Shown: piece after piece, positions 46,546 to 56,029 of the stretch | How the letters are laid out: every line of letters starts with the position of its first letter | Numbering within the stretch: the stretch's first letter is position 1 | Origin: Chloroflexota bacterium | GTDB lineage: Bacteria > Chloroflexota > Limnocylindria > Limnocylindrales > CSP1-4 | Assembly: GCA_947475545.1 (NCBI GenBank) | Contig: CANJLL010000001.1 | Span: 618,157 to 682,156 of the forward strand | DNA length: 64,000 nucleotides | Direction of reading: 5' to 3' | Notes under the pieces: model-generated | Told to the model about the DNA's origin: nothing | Seen by the model: the letters and a program-made list of their open reading frames with translations, nothing else | Database searches by the model: none | Translations under genes and position numbers: made by a program

Positions 46546-48897
46546 TTGGAGGCCAACGTGCGAACCTACGCCCCCGCGTCCGTGGAGTCCGTGCTGGAGC
46601 GCCTGCTCGAGGAGCCGTCGCTCGCCCGCGGCGTCGTCCACCACCAGGTCATCCCACCCCGGGAGGCCCTGTACGCCCCGTTCCCGAGCTGGCTGGATCC
46701 CCGCCTCCGGGCCGGGCTGGCCCGTCGCGGCATCAGCCAGCTGTATGCCCACCAGGCGGAGGCGCTGGAGGCAGTGCACGCGGGCCAGGACGTCGTGGTG
46801 GTCACGCCCACGGCGTCGGGCAAGACGCTGTGCTATGCGCTACCCGTCCTGCAGGCCCTGCGGGAGGACCCCGCGGCACGCGCGCTCTTCCTCTTCCCCA
46901 CCAAGGCGCTCGGCCAGGACCAGGTCGCCGAGCTCTCGGAGCTGGCACGCGCCGCCGAGATCGATCTCGCCGCGGCCACGTATGACGGTGACACGCCGGC
47001 TCCCATCCGCTCGGCCATCCGCGGGGCCGGCCAGGTCGTGGTGACCAACCCCGACATGCTCCATTCGGCCATCCTCCCGCACCACACCAAGTGGTTCCAG
47101 CTGTTCGAGCAGCTCCGGGTGATCGTCATCGACGAGCTCCACACCTACCGGGGCGTGTTCGGGAGCCACGTCGCCAACGTCCTCCGGCGGCTGCTCCGGC
47201 TGTGCGCGCACTACGGATCCAACCCAGTGATCGTGTGCTGCTCGGCCACCATCGGGAACCCGGCGGAGCTGGCCGCCCAGCTGACAGGGCGGACGCCGCT
47301 CCTGATCGACCGGAACGGTGCGCCGCGCGGCGAGCGGCACGTCCTGCTGGTCAACCCGCCCATCATGGATCCGTCCACCGGAGCGCGCGCCTCGGCGCTG
47401 ACCCACGCTCAGCGCTGGGCGCTCCCCTTCCTGCAGGCAGGCCGCCAGACCATCGTCTTCGGCAGGGCCCGCGTGGCTGTGGAGATCCTGCTGACGGGCC
47501 TCCGGGAATCGCTCCGCGAGAGCCGCGGGCCACGCTCCCGGATCCGCGGGTATCGGGGCGGCTACCTGCCCACGGAGCGGCGCGCGATCGAGCGGGGGCT
47601 CCGGAACGGGGAGATCCTTGGGGTCGTCTCCACCAACGCCCTGGAGCTGGGCGTGGATATTGGGACGCTGGACGTGGCGGTGCTCGCCGGCTACCCAGGA
47701 TCTGTAGCGGGGACCTGGCAGCAGCTGGGCCGGGCCGGGCGGCGCCTGGACACGTCGGTCGGCATCCTCGTCGCCTCGTCGTCCCCGGTCGACCAGTACG
47801 TCATCCACCACCCCGAGTTCCTGGACCGATCGCCGGAGGAGGCCCGGGTGGACCCGGACAACCTCCACGTGCTGTTCGCCCATCTCCGGTGCGCCACCTT
47901 CGAGCGACCGTTTGACCCCGGGGAGGTCTTTGGGCCCGCTCCAGCGGACGACCTGCTGGCCTTCCTCGCGGAGGAGGGACACGTCCGTCAGTCCGGTGAC
48001 GGACGCTGGTACTGGAGCTCGGAGAACTTCCCGGCGTCAGAGATCAGCCTGCGGACCGCGGCACCGGAGAATGTCGTGATCATCGACTCCACGCCGGACC
48101 GGCCACGCGTCCTGGGCGAAGTGGACCTCTTCTCGGCCCAGGTGCTCGTCCACGAACGGGCCATCTATATCCACGAATCGGTCCAGTACTACGTGGACCG
48201 CCTGGAGTGGCACGAGCGGAAGGCGTACGTCCACAAGGTGGACGTCGACCACTACACCTACGCCAACCGGGCGGTGACGCTGAAGCCATTGGACGTCTTT
48301 GCGGATGCGGCGGTCACAGGCGGCCACCGAGTTCATGGCGAGGTGATGGTGGCCAGCCTGGTGACCCTTTTCAAGAAGCTGAAGTTCGGGACGGATGAGA
48401 ACGTCGGCTGGGGGCCCATCGATCTCCCGGAGCTGGAGCTCCAGACGACGGCCTACTGGCTGACAGCCGAGACGGCCGCCGCGGGCTGGCGACGCGATGA
48501 CCTGGACGTCGCGCTCATCGGGGCCGGGCGGGCCCTCCAGGCGGTGGCGGCGGTCCTGCTCATGGTGGATCCTCGCGACCTGGGCCTGGTTGCCCAGGTC
48601 CGCTCGCCACACCAGGACGCACCCACGATCTACCTGTACGAGTCGGTTCCGGGCGGCATCGGGCTCTCGGAGCGGCTCTGGGCGCGACACGCGGAGCTGG
48701 TCGACGGGGCGGCGGACCTGGTGCGGGCGTGCGATTGCGGGAGCGGATGCCCGGCCTGCACGGGACCCCGGCTGGATCCCCAGGTTGACGCGAAGTCCCT
48801 GGCGCTCCGCCTCCTCGCCGCGCTGGGAGCCCGGGCCGCGGCGCGCCTGCCGGTCGTCCAGGGCGGGACCGGCCCTGCCGCCGAGCGCGTGGCCTGA
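46546..48897 (+). CDS. mrfA: MrfA-like DExH-box helicase with a C-terminal DUF1998 Cys4 Zn-binding domain. It uses a TTG start; an alternative GTG is at 46556.
   Basis: Motif I VVTPTASGKT, motif II VIDELH, motif VI QQLGRAGR, and a C-terminal CDCGSGCPAC cluster characteristic of DUF1998 (the MrfA/YprA family). Confidence 0.8.
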   Translation: MEANVRTYAPASVESVLERLLEEPSLARGVVHHQVIPPREALYAPFPSWLDPRLRAGLARRGISQLYAHQAEALEAVHAGQDVVVVTPTASGKTLCYALPVLQALREDPAARALFLFPTKALGQDQVAELSELARAAEIDLAAATYDGDTPAPIRSAIRGAGQVVVTNPDMLHSAILPHHTKWFQLFEQLRVIVIDELHTYRGVFGSHVANVLRRLLRLCAHYGSNPVIVCCSATIGNPAELAAQLTGRTPLLIDRNGAPRGERHVLLVNPPIMDPSTGARASALTHAQRWALPFLQAGRQTIVFGRARVAVEILLTGLRESLRESRGPRSRIRGYRGGYLPTERRAIERGLRNGEILGVVSTNALELGVDIGTLDVAVLAGYPGSVAGTWQQLGRAGRRLDTSVGILVASSSPVDQYVIHHPEFLDRSPEEARVDPDNLHVLFAHLRCATFERPFDPGEVFGPAPADDLLAFLAEEGHVRQSGDGRWYWSSENFPASEISLRTAAPENVVIIDSTPDRPRVLGEVDLFSAQVLVHERAIYIHESVQYYVDRLEWHERKAYVHKVDVDHYTYANRAVTLKPLDVFADAAVTGGHRVHGEVMVASLVTLFKKLKFGTDENVGWGPIDLPELELQTTAYWLTAETAAAGWRRDDLDVALIGAGRALQAVAAVLLMVDPRDLGLVAQVRSPHQDAPTIYLYESVPGGIGLSERLWARHAELVDGAADLVRACDCGSGCPACTGPRLDPQVDAKSLALRLLAALGARAAARLPVVQGGTGPAAERVA

Positions 48898-48898
48898 G

Positions 48899-50422
48899 AT
48901 GGCCGTCACGTTCGAGCGACGCCTCGCCAGCTTCCAGTCCGCTCGCGCCGGCCTCCCGCCGCCGGAGCCAGCGCGACTCGCCCGCGCCAGCTCGGCCGCG
49001 GCCGAGCGGCTGGCCGCTGAGGTGGATGGAGAGCTGGTGACGACACCCGCAGGCTCGTTCGTCCGCCTGGAGGGGCGCGGGGATGTCATCGCGGTCGACC
49101 GCGAACGGCTCGCACGGCTCCCCGGCCAGCCGCCGCCCGACGTACCGCTGGTCTGCCTCGACACCGAGACCACGGGCCTCGCCACGGCCGCCGGGACGCT
49201 CGCGTTCCTCGTCGGCCTTGGCTGGTGGCAGGGCGCCCACTTTCGGCAGATCCAGCTCCTCCTCCCGGATCACGCCTTTGAGCCGGCCCTGCTGGACGAG
49301 CTGCGAGACCACATCCCGGCGGGTGCGTGGCTGGTCACCTACAACGGCCGTACGTTCGACTGGCCGCTCCTGGTGACCCGCTACCGGATGGCGCGGCGGG
49401 ACGCCCCAATCCACGGCGGCCACCTGGACCTGCTCCCGTTCGTTCGGCGCGTCTTCCGCCACCGCCTGCCCGACGCGCGCCTGAAGACCGTTGAGCGACG
49501 AATCCTCGGGATCCACCGGTCGGAGGACATCGACGGCTGGGAGATCCCGGGGCGCTATTTCGACTTCCTGCGCGGGGGACCCGCATCCCCGCTCCGCGAC
49601 GTGATCCGCCACAACGACGACGACGTGCGCTCCCTGGCGCTGATTGTCGCCCACCTGGAGCAGCACCTGGCGGATCCGGACGCACGGGCCTCGGCACCCG
49701 CCGGTGACCTGGCCGGGCTGGCCCGCGCATTCGCCCGGGATCGTCGCCTGCACGAGGCGCTGGACTGCCTCAATGCCGCGGCGGCAGCCACTGCGAGCCC
49801 TGCCGGGCCTGGATCCAGCGGGCCCGTCGCCTACCCGGATCCCGAGCCGGTCAGGGATCCGTTCGGGCGCTCCCCGCTCCCACGCGTGGCGGAGGACGAG
49901 GCCAACGACCTCGGTTGGCTCTCCCCGCGGCGCCGGCCGGACTTCGGGGGCACGCCCCTTCGCCGCGGCGCCACGCCCTGGCCAGCGCTCGCGTCCGTGG
50001 TCGCTGGCGAGCCGTGGACCGACGAGCGCATCGCCGTGGACCGGGCACGGACGCTTCGTCGGCTGGGCCGGAACGCCGACGCGGAGGTGGCCTGGCGATC
50101 GGTCGCCCAGATGGGCGGGAAGTCGGGCGTCCAGGCGTGGATCGAGGTGGCCAAGCTGCTCGAGCACCGCCTCGGGGACCCCGCCGGCGCCCTGGAGGCG
50201 TCACAGGAGGGCTCCCGGCTGCTGGCGCGGCTGCTGGCGCGGCTGCTGGCCCCGGGCCGGGCCCTCGCGCTCCTCGACCGCGACCTCGCCACGCGGACGG
50301 CCCGGCTCCGCCGCCGCATCGCCGCGCGTGTGACGGCCCCAACCGCCGGGATTGGCCGCGGACGCCCGGGCGCCGGGTCAGAGACGGGGACGCCCGTCAG
50401 GGGCGCCGCCGCGGCTCCCTGA
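48899..50422 (+). CDS. mrfB: MrfB-like DEDD (RNase T/RNase H-fold) exonuclease with a C-terminal TPR/helical domain. The ATG lies 1 nt after the mrfA stop.
   Basis: Exo motifs LVCLDTETTGL, TYNGRTFDWPLL and IRHNDDDVRSL, then helical repeats. Its position immediately downstream of the DUF1998 helicase matches the YprA–YprB arrangement. Confidence 0.7.
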   Translation: MAVTFERRLASFQSARAGLPPPEPARLARASSAAAERLAAEVDGELVTTPAGSFVRLEGRGDVIAVDRERLARLPGQPPPDVPLVCLDTETTGLATAAGTLAFLVGLGWWQGAHFRQIQLLLPDHAFEPALLDELRDHIPAGAWLVTYNGRTFDWPLLVTRYRMARRDAPIHGGHLDLLPFVRRVFRHRLPDARLKTVERRILGIHRSEDIDGWEIPGRYFDFLRGGPASPLRDVIRHNDDDVRSLALIVAHLEQHLADPDARASAPAGDLAGLARAFARDRRLHEALDCLNAAAAATASPAGPGSSGPVAYPDPEPVRDPFGRSPLPRVAEDEANDLGWLSPRRRPDFGGTPLRRGATPWPALASVVAGEPWTDERIAVDRARTLRRLGRNADAEVAWRSVAQMGGKSGVQAWIEVAKLLEHRLGDPAGALEASQEGSRLLARLLARLLAPGRALALLDRDLATRTARLRRRIAARVTAPTAGIGRGRPGAGSETGTPVRGAAAAP

Positions 50423-50987
50423 TCCCCTGCGCCGCAAGCCAGACGGTGTCCTCGACCCGCTGCTGCCGCGTTGCCGGCCGCTTTGCGCTCTTGATCCACC
50501 ACAGGAAGCCGCGCCGGACGGAGGGGCTGAATGCCGCGAACTGGGCACCGCCCTCGGCATTGGCCGCGAGCGCGACGGCGAGGTCATCCGGCACCACCTG
50601 GGCGTCGACCTCGTCGAGCGCCGCCCACGACCCATCCGCCATGGCCGCGGCGATGACGCGGCGGCCGACCTCCGTCATTCGACCCTCGCGCTCCAGCCGC
50701 TCCACCCGCTCCTTGTTGGTCCGCGCCCACGTACCGCCCGGCCGGCGCGGCGCGAAGTGCTGGCGGACCAGCGACTCGTCCCCCGGCAGTTGCCTGCCGT
50801 CAATCCAGCCGAAGCACAGGGCCTCCTCGACCGCCTCGTCGTAGGACACGCGGGTGGCGGCGGACCCACGTCGCCGGGCCAGCTGCAGCAGCGCCCCCGG
50901 CGATGTCGCGTGGTTCGCGGCAAGCCAGGCGCGCCAGGTCGCACGATCCGGCGCAGTCACCACTTCCAGCGCGTCGAGTGCTGCCAT
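50397..50987 (-). CDS. YdeI/OmpD-associated family protein.
   Basis: The C-terminal FAAFSPSVRRGFLWWIKSAKRPATRQQRVEDTV matches the YdeI family F..LSPS.RR.Y..WI..AK...TR..R pattern. Confidence 0.6.
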   Translation of the reverse strand: MAALDALEVVTAPDRATWRAWLAANHATSPGALLQLARRRGSAATRVSYDEAVEEALCFGWIDGRQLPGDESLVRQHFAPRRPGGTWARTNKERVERLEREGRMTEVGRRVIAAAMADGSWAALDEVDAQVVPDDLAVALAANAEGGAQFAAFSPSVRRGFLWWIKSAKRPATRQQRVEDTVWLAAQGIREPRRRP

Positions 50988-51092
50988 TCGGGCCCTCCCC
51001 TGGACATCCCCCCTGGGCGAACGGGACGCTGTCCGGTCCTATACTCGCGGGGACGGGCCGCTCGGTGCGGCGCCAGCCATCCCGGAGAGACT

Positions 51093-51446
51093 GTGTACTT
51101 CTACGAGCTCCACGAGGGCGACGGCGACCTCTTCCACGACATTCTCCTGGCGCACGACTCGTTGATCGAGCCGGAGGAGTTCTTCTCGATCGTCCAGGAG
51201 ATCCGGGAGCGCGTCATCGACTCGTTTCGCCAGGACACGCTCGTGGAGGCGATCGCCGCGGAGCTGGAGCGCGACCACGGCTTCGAGGCGATCAATGACA
51301 CCCGGCTCACCGCGGCCGTCAACGTGTCGCGCGTCGCCAAGGACAACTTCCTCGCCGAGATCGACGACGAGGACGACGACGAGATCGACGATGACGGTGG
51401 ATTCCGGACGCTATACGCGGCATTCCGTCCCGAGGAAGAGGCCTGA
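51093..51446 (+). CDS. Small acidic hypothetical protein. The GTG start is inferred; only the 3' part of the long track ORF is credible.
   Basis: VYFYELHEGDGDLFHDILLAHDSLIEPEEFFSIVQEIRERVID...DDEDDDEIDDDGG has a coding-like composition. The upstream 240 codons of the track ORF are antisense to ydeI. Confidence 0.35.
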   Translation: MYFYELHEGDGDLFHDILLAHDSLIEPEEFFSIVQEIRERVIDSFRQDTLVEAIAAELERDHGFEAINDTRLTAAVNVSRVAKDNFLAEIDDEDDDEIDDDGGFRTLYAAFRPEEEA

Positions 51447-51538
51447 CACGTCAGGTCCACAGGACGGGCTGGCGGCCAGATCGGCGACTGACGGTCTCGG
51501 CGGACGGCTTCGGCTGACAGCGTCGGCCGGCGACCGGA

Positions 51539-52642
51539 TCAGCGGCTGAAGAGGATCTCCAACACATCCCCGTCCCGGACCTTGTAGGTTCGACCCTCGG
51601 AGCGAAGCCTGCCCGCCTTGCGGGACTCAGGGATGGAGCCCAGCGTCAGGAGGTCCTCGTAGGCGACGGTCTCCGCTCGGATGAAGCCCTTGGCCAGGTC
51701 GGAGTGGATGGCACCCGCGGCGTCGACGGCAGTCGAGGTATCCGGGATGGGCCATGCGCGAACCTCGTCCGGGCCCGCCGTGAGGAACGAGATCAGGCCC
51801 AATAGCCGGTAGGACAGGTGGATCACCCGGTCCAGGCCCGATTCCTCGATCCCGAGCTCCTCCATGAAGACCGCGGCCTCATCCGGCTCCAGCTGGCCCA
51901 GCTCCATCTCGATCTTGGCCGAGAGCGTCTCGATCATCGTGTGCGCATGGGCGTACCCGTCGCTCACCTTCGCGATCAGCGCAGGGCCGCCCGCGATGGC
52001 GTCCTCGCTGATGTTGAGCAGGACGAGAGCGGGCTTCTGGGTGAGGAAGCGGAAGCCGCGGATCGCCTTCTCTTCGTCGGTCTCCAGGGCAACATCGCGG
52101 ATGGCCTGGCCGGCCTCGAGCGCGGCCTTGAGGCGGACCAGAATCCCCTCTTCGCGCTCGTTGGCCTCGCGCTCCACCTGCGTGCCGTGGCGGCCACTGG
52201 TCTGGAGACGCTGCAGGCGCCTGTCGCACATCGCCAGGTCTGCCAGCGCGAACTCGAGGTCCAACTGTTCCAGGTCGCGGCGCGCGTCAACGCTGCCGGA
52301 GGCATGCGGCACGGCCGAGCTCTCGAACGCCCGAACGACGTGGAGCAGCGCGTCCGCGTCACGCAGCCGGGCGAGGTGCTCTGCCGGCAGCTCCTCCGTC
52401 CCGACTCGACCCTCCGACGAGGCCGGCGGGGCGGGCAGATCGACGTAGGTGACGACCGCCTGGACGATCTTCTTTGGCTTGAAGATCGCCGCCAGCCGGC
52501 CCAACCGCTCGTCGGGCACCTTGACCACGCCAATGTTCAGCGTCAGCGCGCCGAAGCCGCCGGTCTCGGCATGGCCACGGGTCAGGGTGTTGAAGACGGT
52601 CGTCTTGCCGGAACCGGCGAGGCCGACGATGGCGATCTGCAT
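51539..52642 (-). CDS. ychF: Ribosome-binding ATPase YchF (Obg-family GTPase). The start is trimmed to MQIAIVGL.
   Basis: G1 motif IVGLAGSGKTTVFN, G3/G4 motifs, and the C-terminal TGS domain (YKVRDGDVLEILFS). Confidence 0.9.
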   Translation of the reverse strand: MQIAIVGLAGSGKTTVFNTLTRGHAETGGFGALTLNIGVVKVPDERLGRLAAIFKPKKIVQAVVTYVDLPAPPASSEGRVGTEELPAEHLARLRDADALLHVVRAFESSAVPHASGSVDARRDLEQLDLEFALADLAMCDRRLQRLQTSGRHGTQVEREANEREEGILVRLKAALEAGQAIRDVALETDEEKAIRGFRFLTQKPALVLLNISEDAIAGGPALIAKVSDGYAHAHTMIETLSAKIEMELGQLEPDEAAVFMEELGIEESGLDRVIHLSYRLLGLISFLTAGPDEVRAWPIPDTSTAVDAAGAIHSDLAKGFIRAETVAYEDLLTLGSIPESRKAGRLRSEGRTYKVRDGDVLEILFSR

Positions 52643-52776
52643 GTGGGCGTGAGTCCTCGGTTGGCGGCCGAGCGGCGGGCTCGAACCTGGGCGATCGACG
52701 AACAGCGGGGTGGTGGAGCCGAGCACGGCGTCCCGAGGGAATGGGACCGACCAGCGGGGGTGATTCGGTGGGCGCC

Positions 52777-53865
52777 CTAGTACCCGGCGTCCGGGTCGAC
52801 GATGTTGCGGAGCGGCCGCCCGTCGGCGAACCGGCGGAGATTGTCGCAGAACAGCTCGATCGAGCGATCGAGGACCCGCCCGCTTGACCACGACGTCTGG
52901 GGCGTGACGATCACGTTGGGCATGTCGTAGAAGGGCGACTCGGGCAGCTGTGGCTCCTGGCGGAATGTATCGAGGACCGCCCCGCCGATCCGGCCGTCGC
53001 GCAGGCAACGCAGGAGTGCCCGCTCATCGACCAGGCCGCCGCGCGCCACGTTGATCAGCCACGCGCCGGGGCGCATCGCGGCGATCGCCGCGTCGTTGAT
53101 GAGGTTCTCCGTCTCGGGCGTGAGGGGCGCCGCGAGCACGACAAAGTCGGATTCGGCGAGCAGCTCGGGGAGACCCTCCGGGCCAAGGAGTCTGTCGAGA
53201 CGCGGAGGGAACGGGAGTCGGAACTCGTCGGCCGCGGTGCCGGACACGGCCGACTCCGGCATGGCAGCCGACCCGCCGGCACCCGTTCGGCGCGTGGCCA
53301 CCACCCGGCAGCCGAATGCCCCGGCCAGCGACGCAACCGCGCGACCCAGGGAGCCGAAGCCCACGATCCCCAGCGTGACGTCACGCAGCTCACGCGCCTC
53401 GAGCGGCTGCCAGGTGTGCTCGCGCTGCAGCTCCATCAGTTCGGGAAGGCGGCGGCTGATGGCGAGGATCATCGTCATGACGTACTCGGCGATGGGGCGG
53501 CTGAAGACGCCGCGGGCGTTGGTCACCACCAGCCGCGGGCCGCGCAGCATCGGCGAGATCGAGTCTTCCACGCCGGCCGTAGCGGAGTGGACCCACTCCA
53601 GCCCGGGGGCGCGGACCAGGAGCCGCGCAAACGCGTCCCGGCTGAGCCAGCCCCGGAGCAGGACCTCGACGTCATCGATCGGGCCGTCGGCCAGACCCTC
53701 GACCGAGAGCGTGACGATCCGCGCCCCGGGTGCGGCGGCCCGGATGCGCTCCAGGTCATCCGCCCGGTAGCGGGCCGAGAGGATGGGGCTGATCGCGATG
53801 GCGCGCGGGACGCCCCCGGGGCCCTGGCCCGGTCCGGCACGGAGCGGCAGGCGTGGGTCGCTCAC
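52777..53865 (-). CDS. D-isomer-specific 2-hydroxyacid dehydrogenase family protein (NAD-binding).
   Basis: NAD-binding loop GIVGFGSLGRAVA plus the catalytic Arg/Glu/His triad region (RGGLVDERAL; HVA...). Confidence 0.8.
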   Translation of the reverse strand: MSDPRLPLRAGPGQGPGGVPRAIAISPILSARYRADDLERIRAAAPGARIVTLSVEGLADGPIDDVEVLLRGWLSRDAFARLLVRAPGLEWVHSATAGVEDSISPMLRGPRLVVTNARGVFSRPIAEYVMTMILAISRRLPELMELQREHTWQPLEARELRDVTLGIVGFGSLGRAVASLAGAFGCRVVATRRTGAGGSAAMPESAVSGTAADEFRLPFPPRLDRLLGPEGLPELLAESDFVVLAAPLTPETENLINDAAIAAMRPGAWLINVARGGLVDERALLRCLRDGRIGGAVLDTFRQEPQLPESPFYDMPNVIVTPQTSWSSGRVLDRSIELFCDNLRRFADGRPLRNIVDPDAGY

Positions 53866-55097
53866 GTGGCCGGCGCACCGTCGAGCACGCGGGCGATCCA
53901 GCGCGCGGGCTGGTCGATCTCACCGTGACGCGGAAGGCTCTCCGGACCCGCCCAGAGGCGGTCGAGCGCCTGGCGGCCCCGGGCGTCCGCGATGGCACGG
54001 ACGAACAGCTCGCCCTTGCGGTACTGCTCCATCTTCAGGTCCATCCCCGTGATCCGGAGGATGGCCCGCTCCATCCGGGAGCGCGACACGCGTCGCTCGT
54101 GGAAGCGCGCGCTGATCCGCTCGACGTCCGGGACCAGGTCCTTGCCCACCTCGTCCATGACGTAGTCGCTGAACCCTTCGAGGAGGCTCATGACCGCCTG
54201 GGTGTCGCGGAACAACTCCAGCTGCTCGGCGCCCATCAGCCGCTCCATCCAGTGCTCGCCCGGGCTATTCCCGCGGAGCGCCCGGCCAAGGCCCTTCAGG
54301 GCATCCCCGCCCAGGCTCGAGGCGTTGGTGCTGAAGCCAGCCAGCTGGCGCTCCAGGCGCTCGGCCAGCCACGGTCGCAGCCACGGATGCGCTTCAAACT
54401 CGAAGGCGTGGGTGGTCTCGTGGAGCGCGATCCACGTCCGGAAAGGGCCCAGCGGCAGGCCGAGCGTCGCTGCGGTCTGGCGAATGTTCTCCTCCACGAA
54501 GAGGAGGCGGCCGTCGCGCGCCTCCACCGCGAGCAGCGCCTGGTCGTACTGCCCCAGGACACGCGCACCCATGAAGCCCAGCAGGAACCCCAGCTGTCGC
54601 GTGGTCACGTACCGGTTTGCCAGCGCCATCGCGGCGGCGGCCGGCCCGCCGCCCAGGGGCACCACCTGGTCGAGCAGGCCGCCCTCGATCCGTCCGATCA
54701 GCTCCGCGAACGTGGCGACATTGGCCTGGACCCAGCCGGCCCGGTCTACCACGGCGGCCCGCTCGACGACCCCCGGCAGCTCTGAACCCAGCGCTTCGGC
54801 CAACGCCGGCACGATCCGGGCCATCGCCTCGGCATAGTCCGCCTCGGCCGCTCGCAGCTCGGCCGCGGTGAGCGTTCCGGGCGCGCGCCGAAGCGACGCC
54901 AGCGCCCACTTCTCCACATCAGGCCAGTTGACGAGCCCGCGGCGAGCGGACCGTTCCATCCGTCGGCCAGCGATCGTGGCGGCGGCGCCCAGGGCCGAGC
55001 CAACCAGGAAGCCGGCTTGCCAGAGGCGGTCCGAGGGGATGCCCAGCACGCGTCGCTGGGCCGGGCCAGCGCCCGCTCCCCCACCCCGTGTCGTCAT
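53862..55097 (-). CDS. Zincin-like metalloprotease (DUF2342/Zincin_2 family).
   Basis: HExxH motif in IALHETTHAFEF, with the conserved downstream EAHPWL. Confidence 0.6.
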   Translation of the reverse strand: MTTRGGGAGAGPAQRRVLGIPSDRLWQAGFLVGSALGAAATIAGRRMERSARRGLVNWPDVEKWALASLRRAPGTLTAAELRAAEADYAEAMARIVPALAEALGSELPGVVERAAVVDRAGWVQANVATFAELIGRIEGGLLDQVVPLGGGPAAAAMALANRYVTTRQLGFLLGFMGARVLGQYDQALLAVEARDGRLLFVEENIRQTAATLGLPLGPFRTWIALHETTHAFEFEAHPWLRPWLAERLERQLAGFSTNASSLGGDALKGLGRALRGNSPGEHWMERLMGAEQLELFRDTQAVMSLLEGFSDYVMDEVGKDLVPDVERISARFHERRVSRSRMERAILRITGMDLKMEQYRKGELFVRAIADARGRQALDRLWAGPESLPRHGEIDQPARWIARVLDGAPAT

Positions 55098-56020
55098 GCC
55101 GCAGGTCCGGCGCTGCCCAGGTCGATGCCCTGGATCTCCGGGAAGGCGTCGCCGAACAGGCGGCGCGCGATTGACCGGAAGGCCTCCAGGTCGCCCGTGG
55201 TCAGCTGCAGGTGCGTCGGCCTGGTGGCCTGCTCGGTGGGTCGGTCATGGCCCAGGTGGCCCGCGTCGGCGGCCGTGCCGCGCGTCGTCCCCGACGCCTC
55301 AAGCCCGTTGATGCCCAGCAGCTCCGAGAGTGCCGACGCGGTGGCGGTGGCGGAATCCACGATCGCGATCCGGGTCCCGACGATCTCCGCGATGACCGGG
55401 CGGAGCAACGGGTAGTGGGTACAACCCAGGAGCAGCGTGTCGATCCGCGCGGAGGGCGGCAGCGGGAAGATGAAGTCGCCAGACGAATCCCGCTCCCCGA
55501 GGAACGGCGCGAGCGACTCGCGGACCGCCGCCTCTACCTCGGGTCCGGACAGGAGGCCCGCCTCCACCATCGGCACCAGGGCCGGCGTCGCGTGCTCGTA
55601 GACCTCGACCGCCGGGTTCTCGTCCTTGATTGCCGCGAAGTAGGCGTGCGATCGGATGGTGGCCGGCGTGGCGATGACCCCGACGCGTCGATCGCGGGTG
55701 GTCAGGGCCGCGGTCACGGCGCCGGGCCGGATGACGCCCAGGATGGGGACGTTGTAGCGCCGGCGCAGGTCGCCCAGCGCCACGGCCGTCGACGTGTTGC
55801 AGGCCACCACGATCGCCTTGACGTCGCGGGCCGTGAGCGCGTCGAGCGCCTCGATCGAGAAACGACGAACCTCGTCGTCCGACCTGGTCCCATACGGGGC
55901 GCGGGCGTTATCGCCCAGGTAGATCGTGGACTCGCTGGGGCAGCGGCGGAGGATCTCGCGCAGCACGGTAAGCCCGCCGACCCCCGAATCGAAGACGCCG
56001 ATGGGGCGTGGGTCCGACAT
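55094..56020 (-). CDS. murI: Glutamate racemase.
   Basis: GVFDSGVGGLTV and VVACNTSTAVAL carry the two catalytic Cys motifs, and GCTHYPLL is the C-terminal motif. Confidence 0.9.
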   Translation of the reverse strand: MSDPRPIGVFDSGVGGLTVLREILRRCPSESTIYLGDNARAPYGTRSDDEVRRFSIEALDALTARDVKAIVVACNTSTAVALGDLRRRYNVPILGVIRPGAVTAALTTRDRRVGVIATPATIRSHAYFAAIKDENPAVEVYEHATPALVPMVEAGLLSGPEVEAAVRESLAPFLGERDSSGDFIFPLPPSARIDTLLLGCTHYPLLRPVIAEIVGTRIAIVDSATATASALSELLGINGLEASGTTRGTAADAGHLGHDRPTEQATRPTHLQLTTGDLEAFRSIARRLFGDAFPEIQGIDLGSAGPAA

Positions 56021-56029
56021 GGACGACTC

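Noticed and set aside
50352-51446. 364-aa plus-strand ORF.
   Set aside because: The first roughly 245 codons are antisense to the YdeI-family gene. Only the 3' 118 codons (51093..51446) look like a genuine small acidic protein.
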